Origin: Octopus sinensis
Taxonomy: Eukaryota
Assembly (NCBI RefSeq): GCF_006345805.1
Contig: NC_043013.1
Location: forward strand, 13,640,001 to 13,704,000
Direction of reading: 5' to 3'
Length of the DNA stretch: 64,000 nucleotides
Shown here: positions 54,017 through 64,000 of the stretch, piece by piece
How the letters are laid out: every line of letters begins with the position of its first letter
Position numbering within the stretch: position 1 is the first letter of the stretch
Notes under the pieces: model-generated
Database searches by the model: none
What the model was told of the DNA's origin: nothing
Seen by the model: only the letters and a program-made list of their open reading frames with translations
Program-made: the position numbers and the translations under genes

Positions 54017-55090
54017 ATGCTCTTCCGCGCCCTATCAAAGTCTGATGCTGGTGTCACTATTCGCTACAGATGTGACGGCCGATTCTTTGACCTCAGACGT
54101 CTGAAGGCAAAAACCAAAGTCCTGGGCGCCGTAGTGAGAGACTTCCTGTTTGCAGACGATTGTGCGCTTGCAGCATTGAATGAACCAGACCTGCTGCAAG
54201 AACTTGACACTTGTCTCGCACAAGCAGCAAAAGCCTTCGGACTGACCATTAGCCTGCGAAACACTGAAATGATGCTTCAGCCTGCACCTGGCATGACACC
54301 TCCTGAGTCTCAGATTAGATTGAAGGCACAACCCTGAACAACGTGGAGAGCTTTACATACCTGGGAAGCTGTCTGTCCTCAAGCTGCAGCATGGACAAAG
54401 ATGTCTCCATGAGGCTTGCAAAGGCAGGAGCTTCGTTTGGCAGACTTTGGACATGTGTGTGGGCCGAACGAAGCATTAGACTTTCCATCAAGCTGGCAGT
54501 CTATACGGCAGTCGTCATCACCTCTCTGCTCTACGGCTGTGGGACATGGATGCTGTATAGGAGGCAAATGCGAGTACTTGACTAGTTCCATCTCTGCTGC
54601 TTGCGACGAATCATGTGAATTTCCTGGGAGGACAGAGTCTCCAACACTGAGGTGCTTCGCAGAGCCTAAATGCCCAGGATCGAAGCCCTCATCATGAAGG
54701 CCCAACTCCGGTGGGTCGGACATGTAGTCCGAATGGACGACGCGCATCTACCAAAGATGATCTTCTTCTCTGAGCTGGCTTCTGGAGTAAGAAACCCTGG
54801 AAGGCCACTGGGGCGATACAAGGACAGTGTGAAAACTTCCCTTGAGGCCTGCGGCATTTCAGCTCGTGGCTAAGAATCGCTTGCCTCTGACCGCAGCACC
54901 TGGCGTCCAGCTGTCCAAAAGGGTGTTAGGCTGTTCGAGGAAAAGCGCCTCAAGAGCCTGGACCAGAAGCGACAAGCCCGAAAAGAGAGGATCTCCAATC
55001 CTACTTCTGCTGTTACCTGCCCAACATGTGGCCACGTCTGCGCGTCCGCCTTTGGGTTCCGCTCTCACCTCTGGCGTCACTGATGTCACT
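54017..55090 (+). mobile_element. RTE-clade LINE 3' part: RT C-terminus and terminal C2H2 finger
   Basis: GVTIRYRCDGRFFDLRRL..DFLFADD, FGLTIS, FTYLGS, SLLYGCGTW, QLRWVGHVVRM, CPTCGHVC. Confidence 0.9.
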
Positions 55091-55119
55091 GTCAAACTCC
55101 AACAGACTTCCATCATATC

Positions 55120-55560
55120 ATGAGGGGCTGTATGAATGTATGTTGGTCTGTGTGCATATTGTGTATGGGTGGGGGGGTGCTATGTGTGCATATTATATGA
55201 GATTATATGCTCTGTTTGTTGGTGTGTATGTTTGTTATGTGTATTGGTATGCGTGTACAGTTTGTGTGTGTGTATGCTATGTGCGTCCGTTGTGTGCATA
55301 TTATGTGAGTGTGTATGCTCTGTTTGTTGGTTAATGTGTATATTTTGTGGAGGTGATTATGGTATGTGTGTTGCTGTGTTTCTATATTGTTTGCGTGTGT
55401 GTGTGTATTATGTGGGAGTGTGTGCTATGTGAGTTGGTCTGTGTGTATATTATTTGGGGGGTGTGCTATGTGAGTTGGTGTGCGTATATATTTTGAAGGG
55501 GTGTATGCTATGTGTGTTGGTGCGTGTGTACATTTTGTGGGAAGTGTGTGTTTGTGGGGG
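55120..55560. repeat. Degenerate TG-rich low-complexity tract
   Basis: Direct reading. Confidence 0.85.
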
Positions 55561-56084
55561 GAATTACAACCGTGTTTCGTTGTCTGCTACCACAACAGCT
55601 CCTTTATAGGATCCAGTTAGCTCAAGACATCATTAGGAGGAACCACGTCCGGTTTCGGCCCCTGATCCTCTACTGTTTTGACGTGGAGGGGCCCGCCCCC
55701 TTTCGGATGTGTCTTCTTTCTTTTGTTTCCTGTCCTCTTCGATGTATCGTCAGCGAGTGCCATCCGGTGACTGACGAACTTGTCAAATTTTTCCCTTTAA
55801 ATACCTGCCGCCAGTCTCCAGCTTGCAGCCCCAGCAAGTTGTCACGTGATACTGTCTCACCTTAACTGACTAGTGAAGGCGCGTAGTTTTAGCCCGCGCA
55901 TTCTCTAAACGACCGTCACCTGTCATTCAGCGAAGCTGATTCAGTGTCAGCTTGTCTCACCTAGTGATGTTATTTCCTGCCGGCATGTTATAACTTTCAA
56001 GCCATTTTCGGTCTTCCCGCTTCAGCCATATATAGAAGCTGGCTTTTTCCACCGCCTACTGTACTCTTCTTATTAGTTTTCTAT

Positions 56085-56445
56085 TACATTGGCTCCAGTA
56101 CTCAACTGGTACTTATTTTAGCGACCCCGAAGGGATGAAAAGCAAAGTCATCCTCGGTGGAATTTGAACTCGGAACATAAAGACAGACGAAATACTGTTA
56201 ATGATTTTGTCTGGCGCATATTTAAATGCGGGTGAGCTAACAAAATCGTTAGCACGCCGGACGAAATGGTTAGCGGCATTTCGTTCGTTTTTACGTTCTG
56301 AGTTCAAATTTCGCCAAGGTCGACTTTGCCTTTTATTCCTTTCAGGGTCGATAAAATAGGTACCAGTCACATACTGACATCGATGTATTCGACTTATTCA
56401 CTCATCATAAATTATTGGCCTTGTTCTAAAATTTGAAACGAATAT
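56085..56445. mobile_element. Head-to-head pair of tRNA-derived SINEs (second family), with further copies at 57190-57378 and 57400-57805
   Basis: gagctaacaaaatcgttagcacgccgg...gagttcaaatttcgccaaggtcgactttgcc...ggggtcgataaaa. Confidence 0.7.
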
Positions 56446-56737
56446 TAAGAATATATTATTATTGTTATTATTATTATTATTATTAAGCATGTTATTTTCG
56501 CTCATAATTCTTAATTTCTCTTTTTTCTTTTTTTTTTCTAAATTTTCCCGACTTGATTGGTGTAAAGAAATTTAATTTTGTCTCCACTAACCAAACACAT
56601 CTAAAGAAAGTTGAAGAATTGTTAGAACGAAGCCAAAAATTAATATTGCGAATCTCTTAAGAGCAGGAACAGGTTGACAAGAGTTGTTTCCCTTTAATTG
56701 CTTTTTCTACAAAATTATGCAAAGAATAGTTTTTAAA

Positions 56738-56870
56738 TATAGTAAGACCTCGATATACGAGTTAATTTGTACTTGGAAACCGCTCCTAAAACAAAAACTC
56801 GTAAAGCAGAGCAATAATTTTCCATAGTAGCAATGTTATAAACCGTAATTCGTTCCCAGAAAAATATTTT
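56738..56870 (+). mobile_element. Tigger/pogo-like DNA transposon terminus (copy at 58098)
   Basis: TA|(t/c)agtaagacctcgatatacgagttaatt resembles CAGTAxxxCCTCG Tigger-type TIRs. No partner end was found. Confidence 0.45.
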
Positions 56871-59129
56871 ATCTATAAAATATATAATACTCGTAAATAA
56901 ATGGCAATAAGCACCAAGTTTTGTCAGTGAACAAACAGGCCGTGGTTTTGAAGACGAAGAAAATATTTTGACACAAATGAAAATTAAATTAACGGTTTTT
57001 GTGTGTTCTTGGATGGCTTACAAATATCTTCCATGCTGCAATTGTTTTTTTTTTGTTTTAGCACATGATCTCAGATCAAGTCACTTGCTATGCAAATACA
57101 TCTCCGTAAATGTAAAGAATATTTTATGTAAAGTGAAAAGAATGTCAAGATCATTTGTAAATAAAACTATTCGCCAGCAAGAATATATATATTGGCTTCA
57201 AATTTTGGCACAAGGCCAGTTACATCAGTGTTCAACTCGTGTTTATTTTATCGACCCCGAAAGGATGAAAGGCAAAGCCGATCCCGACGGTCTTTGAACT
57301 CAGAACGCAAAGTCGGAAGAAATGTCGCTAAGCATTTTCCCCGGCGCCATAACGATTTTACCTACTTGCCGCCTTTAAATATATAAATTTTGGTTTCAGA
57401 TTTTTCGCACAAGGCCAGCATTTCGATGGAGTAGTTAAGTCTATTACACTGACTCCAGTACTCAACTGGTACTTATTTTAGCGACCCCGAAGGGATGAAA
57501 AGCAAAGTCATCCTCGGTGGAATTTGAACTCGGAATATAAAGACAGACGAAATACTGTTAATGATTTTGTCTGGTGTATATTTAAAAGCGGGTGAGCTAA
57601 CAAAATCGTTTGCACGCCGGACGAAATACTTAGCGGCATTTCGTTCGTTTTTACGTTCTGAGTTCAAATTTCGCCAAGGTCGACTTTGCCTTTTATTCCT
57701 TTCAGGGTCGATAAAATAGGTACCAGTCATGTACTGAGGTCGATGTATTCGACTTATTCACTCATCATAAATTATTGGCCTTGTGCTAAAATTTGAAACG
57801 AATATTAGGAATATATTATTATTATTATAATTATTATTATTATTATTAAGCGTGTTATTTTCCCTCATAATTCTTAATTTCTCTTTCTTTTTTTTTTTTT
57901 CTAAATTTTCCCGACTTGATTGGTGTAAAGAAATTTAATTTTGTCTCCACTAACCAAACACATCTAAAGAAAGTTGAAGAATTGTTAGAACGAAGCCAAA
58001 AATTAATATTGCGAATCTCTTAAGAGCAGGAACAGGTTGACAAGAGTTGTTTCCCTTTAATTGCTTTTTCTACAAAATTATGCAAAGAATAGTTTTTAAA
58101 TATAGTAAGACCTCGATATACGAGTTAATTTGTACTTGGAAACCGCACCTAAAACAAAAACTCGTAAAGCAGAGCAATAATTTTCCATAGTAGCAATGTT
58201 ATAAACCGTAATTCGTTCCCAGAAAAATATTTTATCTATAAAATATATAATACTCGTAAATAAATGGCAATAAGCACCAAGTTTTGTCAGTGAACAAACA
58301 GGCCGTGGTTTTGAAGACGAAGAAAATATTTTGACACAAATGAAAATTAAATTAACGGTTTTTGTGTGTTCTTGGATGGCTTACAAATATCTTCCATGCT
58401 GCAATTGTTTTTTTTTTGTTTTAGCACATGATCTCAGATCAAGTCACTTGCTATGCAAATACATCTCCGTAAATGTAAAGAATATTTTATGTAAAGTGAA
58501 AAGAATGTCAAGATCATTTGTAATAAAAAAAATATTATTATAATCGTTTTCTGAATCACTTTTACTCGCACTAGACTCGCGCACACCATCACTTGTAGAC
58601 CCGTTCGCCGATTCACAAGCACTCGTAGACGGACTTGTAGATTTCTGTTTAAAAACCAAATATAGAGTTGTTTGCTTCTAAGAAGCTTTTTTTCACTCTC
58701 TATAAATTTCCCTGTAACCTGCAGAAGCATTTGTTATGGTAATACGAACTTTTGCACTTCATTCAAAATTTGGATCTTGTATATCCTGAATTTAAACCAT
58801 TCTGAAATATGAATAAATAAGTATTAAATAAGTAATCTGAATGCTAGAGGGTTAAAGTTATTCACCATTTATCCAATCAATGGAGTAATAGATACATTTA
58901 CCCTATTTGTAGGGGTACTATATAAGTTTACTATAAACGGCTATCAAAACGAAGCGCTGATACTGAGCTTTCCCATGAAACTACTCATATCATGTCATAC
59001 TGTAGTGGAATACGTCTTGAATAAACAAAAATATAATTCTTTTTTAGGAAGGGTGGGTCTCGAAGCAGATAAAGCTATAAATAATAGCCTCTAAATATTA
59101 GTTTAAAATCCTTGTGGATAGAAAATATT

Positions 59130-59205
59130 GACGGTGGCTCATGGGACTCAAACCTTCATCTCCTGTTATCATGACAGATGTTCTGCCATTGTACCAAAGA
59201 AAATC
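59130..59205 (-). repeat. Degenerate tRNA-like/SINE head
   Basis: Minus strand tggtacaatggcagaacat...ggtttgagtccc. Confidence 0.4.
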
Positions 59206-59267
59206 TTTTTAATTATTCAAACCATTTTAAAACTTCATTGTTTCTAGCATGAATGTAATATGTAACT

Positions 59268-59735
59268 ATTGGGTTGTCCGGAAAGTTCATGCCGATTTTT
59301 AAAAGAAAGAAAAAGGTCAATAAATACTTGCCATTACATTTTTAATCAACCAAATATGAACCATTTTGTTGCACAATGCGTCTCCATCTTTCCTTTAACT
59401 TGAAAGTACCCTCTTCCCAGAATTGAGGTGGTTTCATAGCAAAGAATTCATTAAGGTATCTTTTTTACGTCATCCAAGGAATTGAAATTTTTACCATCAA
59501 GACTATACTGCAGAGACCTGAATAAGTGGAAATCCGAAGGAGCAATATCTGGTGAATATGGAGGGTGGGGTAACACATCCCAGCCGAGCTGCAGCAATTT
59601 TTGTCTGGTTCCCAAAGCATCAAGTGTCGAAAATGAACTTTCTTATCTTCCATTTTAAAGGGTTACAGAATTAACACAGGTTATAGGAACATAAACCTTC
59701 TTCCGCGAAAAGATAGCTTAAACTGTGCTCTAAAT
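59268..59735 (-). mobile_element. Internally deleted mariner (Tc1/mariner D,D34D) with one TIR
   Basis: TA|TTGGGTTGTCCGGAAAGTTCATGCCGATTT terminus. MEDKKVHFRHLMLWE is fused to WDVLPHPPYSPDIAPSDFHLFRSL...LKERWRRIVQQNGSY. Confidence 0.88.
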
Positions 59736-59754
59736 GAAAAGATAGCTTAAACTG

Positions 59755-60849
59755 TGATCTAATTTTTTAATTATAGAATAGCTAATAAAAGCTATTACTT
59801 TCAGTCTTTTAAAATCTAAATATTTTAAAATTTTAACTTTAGCTGCAATATTTTAAATACAAATATGCTTGTCCCACGCTTTTACCAGATATAAAAAAAA
59901 CTTGTTCTGTACTTTTTCAGGTTTAATGACTTAAGAATATTAACTTTCTTGTGTCCGCATTTTTCATTGTAATTTCTTTATACCTGCTTTTACCTTTTGA
60001 ATAATTTAAATCTTGTTTTAATTTGTACATCTAATGGATTATTCCGATTTGGTCCCAAAGTTACCAACAGAGTTACACAGATAGGGCAGGTGTTAAAAAT
60101 CAACATTATATCGATTCCGTTATTGCTTTTGTTGCTTTTCAAGGACACGTTTTATTATTTCAAACCATATTCTGTATTCACAGTTTTGATTTCTTAGTGT
60201 AGCCTGTATGAACATGTTTGTATTCATTTGTTATCTGCTAAACCTTATTCATTGGTTTTCGTCACTGAACCATCTGACAACTTGTCTGTGACTACAGTGT
60301 TTGAAACATTTTTTTTTTCTGACACCTGTCCATACAAATGGGTGTCTTTCAGTCAACGCTAGAAATCATTAGACGTCAAACGAATATAAAAATAAATCGA
60401 TTGGCTAATGTCTTGTTAACATGCAAATTGGCAGGGATTTTCCTTCTCTTGTAACGATCGTGTTTCAGTTTAATGATTTCGAGGGGAAAATGTTCGATTT
60501 AAGTCCAGAATTTGAAGAATCAATAAAATGTGAGACAAAATCGCATCCGGTATTTAGTCATGAAGCTTACCATCCTAAGTTCATATCGCACTCAAATTAG
60601 ATTCGCCTTTCATTCTTCCTCAAAGTCAGTTTTGTATTCCTTTAAAGAACCCTAAATATGAATGGAATTATTATGCATACATACATACATACATACATAC
60701 ATACATGGATACATACATACATAGAGATTTACATACATACGAATACATACACATATAAATACATATATACTCGCATGCATACATATAGACGGACATACAT
60801 ACACATACACACCTAAATACATGTATGCGCATACATACATACATATATA

Positions 60850-60922
<73 letters not shown>

Positions 60923-62096
60923 CACATACAAACATAAATGTATGCATATTTACATTGAAAAATGCGAGCAAGAGAAATAATATTCTTAAGATTATAAACC
61001 TGGAAAATTACAGGACAAGTTACAGGACTTGAAAATATTTGGATTTAAAAAATATTACCTTTTATTAAAACTAAAAATTTTATTACAAGTTATTACTTCT
61101 ACTTGAGTGTGCGTGTTACTTATATTGAAAATTTAAAATAGCTCAAAATATTTCTTGCACTTTAAAACATGTTCAATTTTTTAATTATCAATTAATAATT
61201 AGAAAGTTGAAAATAGGTTATAAAACATAATAGTAGAACATAATTTGTACAAGAAATAGAACAATACAAAATTAGCTATCTATTGCAGTAAAAGCTACCT
61301 GTAACAACAAATTCACAGTAAAATTTGCTTGAATTATTGCCTGAGTTATTGTCAAGTCTTCCCAGTTTTAGTCTTGACCCAATGCCTATTTTTTACACAA
61401 GGAATTTGCCTACCATGTATTCTATTCTACTTTGTATAAAGCTTTAGTTATATTAGGACTTCTGTTTCTCAGTATTCAAGTGTATCAATATTTTAACAAA
61501 ATGATAGTACCTTTTTTTTTTTAGTTATAATATTACTTTGTAAATCAAAATCAAATAATTTTAAGTATTCACATTTTATCCTTAGCTGCAATATTTTAAG
61601 TAAATTTTTTTATGCACTTTACCATATATAATAAGTTGTCTTGAACTTTTCCAAGTGTAATAAATTGTCCTGTAATTTTTCAAGTTTTTAATCTTAAGAA
61701 TATTGAAAAATAGAGATAAGGAAATAATTTTATTCTCAAATGTAGGATAATGCTAATAATATAGCATTAGCAGGATAACCTATCCATATTTTGTAGAAAA
61801 ATCTGTTGGCGACCAGCCATGAGATTCGAACTCACCACATCCCGGTGATTATGCAACAAGTGCTTTACCATTAAGCTACACTACCTGGCGACAAATTCTT
61901 CTGCAATTTTTGGATACATAAATCTAGCTTTATAAGATGCTATCATACGATAAATTCAACTTACGTTGAAAGTCAACAAACAAGATTTGCTTTTGAAGCG
62001 TATTAAAAGATATAGATAAAGAAATAATTTCATTCTCAAACGCAGGATAATGCTAATAATATAGCTTGAACAGGATAATCTATCCATATTTTGTAG
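59755..62096 (-). repeat. Right arm of the ~2.3-kb inverted duplication
   Basis: Reverse complement of 44072-46363. Confidence 0.92.
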
Positions 62097-62880
62097 AAAA
62101 ATCTGTTAGGGGCCAGCTATGAGACTCGAACTCAAAACCCTGTGATTACGTTGTAAGTGCTTTACCATCAAGCTAAACTGCCCAGCGACAAATTCTTCTG
62201 CAATTTTCGGATATTTAAATCTAGCTTTATAAGACGCTATCATACAGATGAAGAAATAATTTTATTCTCAAACGCATGGTGATGCTAATGATATAGCATG
62301 AACTGGAGAAATTAGCCATATTCTGTTTATTGACTTTCAACTTATGTTGTATTATACGTAAGATAGAGTCTTTTGAAGCTAGATTTATGCATCCAAAAAT
62401 TGCAAAAGAATTCGTCGCTGGGCAGTTTAGCTTAATGGTAATCACAGGGATGTGAGTTCGAGTCTCATGGCTTGCCTCCGACAGATTTTTCTAAAGAAAT
62501 ATGGATAGTTTATATATACTTATTTTTATGTATTTATTATTTATTATTTTATGATTATTATATGCGAACTATATTATAAAAATATTAATAGTGGTTGTTT
62601 TGTTAAATAGTTTAGTAATTAAATGTTGGAGTATAACTAGGTTAAAGATATTCTAAAGTCTATTAATGTTTTCTTAAAGCTAAATTATATCTCCACATAT
62701 AAATACATTTTTCTATCTATTTACTCTATTTTTTTACCTTAAATATTTAACATAATAACTTATGTTTTAAGTTTCAAATTTAGTTAATGGAGTTTCTTTA
62801 ATAAGAAAATTATTATTTTATTTATTTTTTAAATAAATATTGTTTAACTCTATTTTCTTATTTATTTAACAATTATTCTT

Positions 62881-62976
62881 AACCTGAAGATTGATTATAA
62901 TTTTAAATTGAATTAATTTCAATTAAACTTAAATTTAATTGTAATTCGAATTTAATTATAGCCATGAAACGTAGTT
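62881..62976 (+). ncRNA. Minimal type I hammerhead-like motif in an extremely AT-rich block
   Basis: aac-CTGAAGA-t-tgattataa...ttatagcca-t-GAAA-CG-T-A-gtt. Stem I is short. Confidence 0.5.
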
Positions 62977-63235
62977 TTTTTTACTTATTATATATTGATC
63001 ATTCATATTTATACTTTTTGTGATCTAGTTATATGTTTTATAAAAATATATTCTATTTGTTATTTATGTTTTGGTTTATGTCTATCATAGTTTGAGTTGC
63101 TTAATAGTGATTTTATCTCTAATTTTATATTTTATATATTTATATTGTGAATTTTGATTTAATACTAAATTGAATTTTTCCCTGTAAGTTTGGAGTTATA
63201 CTACTTAATATTATTATGATTATATATATATACAT

Positions 63236-63452
63236 GTGTGTGTCTGTTTGTCCCTCATCGCTATGTGACAAGCAGTATTGGCATATTTATGTGCCTGTAA
63301 CACTGCAGTCCGACACTAAGGAACCGATACAATAAGTACCAGGCTTATAAAACAATAAGGACTGGGGAAAATTAATTCGACTAAGGTTCTCTAAGGCGGT
63401 GCTCCAGCATGGCCGCACTCTAATGAATGAATGAAACAAGTAAAAGATAAAA
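63236..63452 (+). mobile_element. Diverged SINE 3' half (first family)
   Basis: gtctgtttgtccc...gcggtgctccagcatggccgca...tgaaacaagtaaaaga. Confidence 0.7.
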
Positions 63453-63769
63453 GAAGAAATAATTTCCAAAGAAATTCCATATTTTTGCGGTTTCTTACAG
63501 GTTTCCAACAATTTTATCCTCTTGGAAATGATTGTGAAGTTTCTTCGTGTAGCGCTAGTTTTCTACACAATCGTTTTATAGAGAAAACATCGTATTTATA
63601 CACAATCACTAAATATTATCATGGAACACATTAAAACTGCCATTGAGTTTGATTTTAAAACAAAACTGGAAATGTGTGGAGAGAAATGTAAGAATATTTA
63701 GCTTACCAAAAAAGGTGGACAACCTGCGAAATAGTTTGAGCATTTTGAAACGTTGAAAGTCTTGAAACT

Positions 63770-64000
63770 GCAGAGTCTTGAAACATTGTTTGGCATCTTC
63801 TTCTCGCTCTTACTTTCACATTCCTTTCAGACATCAGATGATGGAGTGTTTCTGCACAGTAGAAGTGACGGGAAACTGTTCAATCTCTTGCGCCTGCGTG
63901 CCAAGACCAACATCAGAAACGTCCTGATCAAGGAGATGTTATTTGCTGATGATGCCGCTCTGGTAACACACACAGCAGAAGCCCTCCAAAGGCTCATTAA
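63770..64000 (+). pseudogene. RTE-clade RT fragment continuing past the window end
   Basis: GVFLHSRSDGKLFNLLRLRAKT..EMLFADDAALVTHT. Confidence 0.85.

Larger units (their letters stand above)
56081..58525. repeat. Direct duplication with 1360-bp period (56081-57163 / 57441-58525) containing SINEs and a Tigger-like end
   Basis: Near-identical ORF pairs 56113..56370/57473..57730 and 56968/58331. Confidence 0.92.

Noticed and set aside
2912-60931. Many ORFs rich in HT/CV/YI/MY/LS/RE repeats
   Set aside because: Translations of microsatellites ((CA)n, (TA)n, (TACA)n, (CT)n, (TTC)n), not genes.
62520-63220. Mitochondrial control-region insertion (NUMT)
   Set aside because: Extremely AT-rich, but no recognisable mitochondrial gene or tRNA. 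The hammerhead-like motif points to a Penelope pseudo-LTR remnant instead.
42443-63955. Other CTGATGA occurrences (about 42444, 48824, 52270, 52711, 63946)
   Set aside because: No matching GAAA-palindrome-TH plus complementary stem I. They lie inside coding remnants.

Overview
Repeat-saturated, AT-rich eukaryotic DNA with no host protein-coding gene I can support. The SINE families, RTE/Dong/Penelope retroelements and (TACA)n/(CA)n/(TA)n microsatellites suggest a cephalopod (Octopus-like) genome, which is an inference. Positions ~2.6-30 kb are a tandem array of a ~3.2-kb unit. Two of its (TA)n junctions are filled by stacked Helitrons: one decayed RepHel-coding copy and several non-autonomous relatives that carry an internally deleted piggyBac and a SINE, plus an inverted fold-back block. 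Positions 30-44 kb hold decayed R4/Dong, Penelope-like and RTE retroelements. Positions 44-62 kb hold a second RepHel Helitron, RTE pieces, a 1.36-kb tandem duplication and a mariner remnant, all bracketed by ~2.3-kb inverted repeats. The least expected signal is eight minimal type I hammerhead-ribozyme-like motifs with palindromic stem III (plus one very decayed candidate), several with a U-U at the base of stem II; one lies downstream of an R4/Dong LINE and one sits in every full copy of the 3.2-kb unit. All coordinates were read by eye and element ends are approximate unless a terminal motif is quoted.
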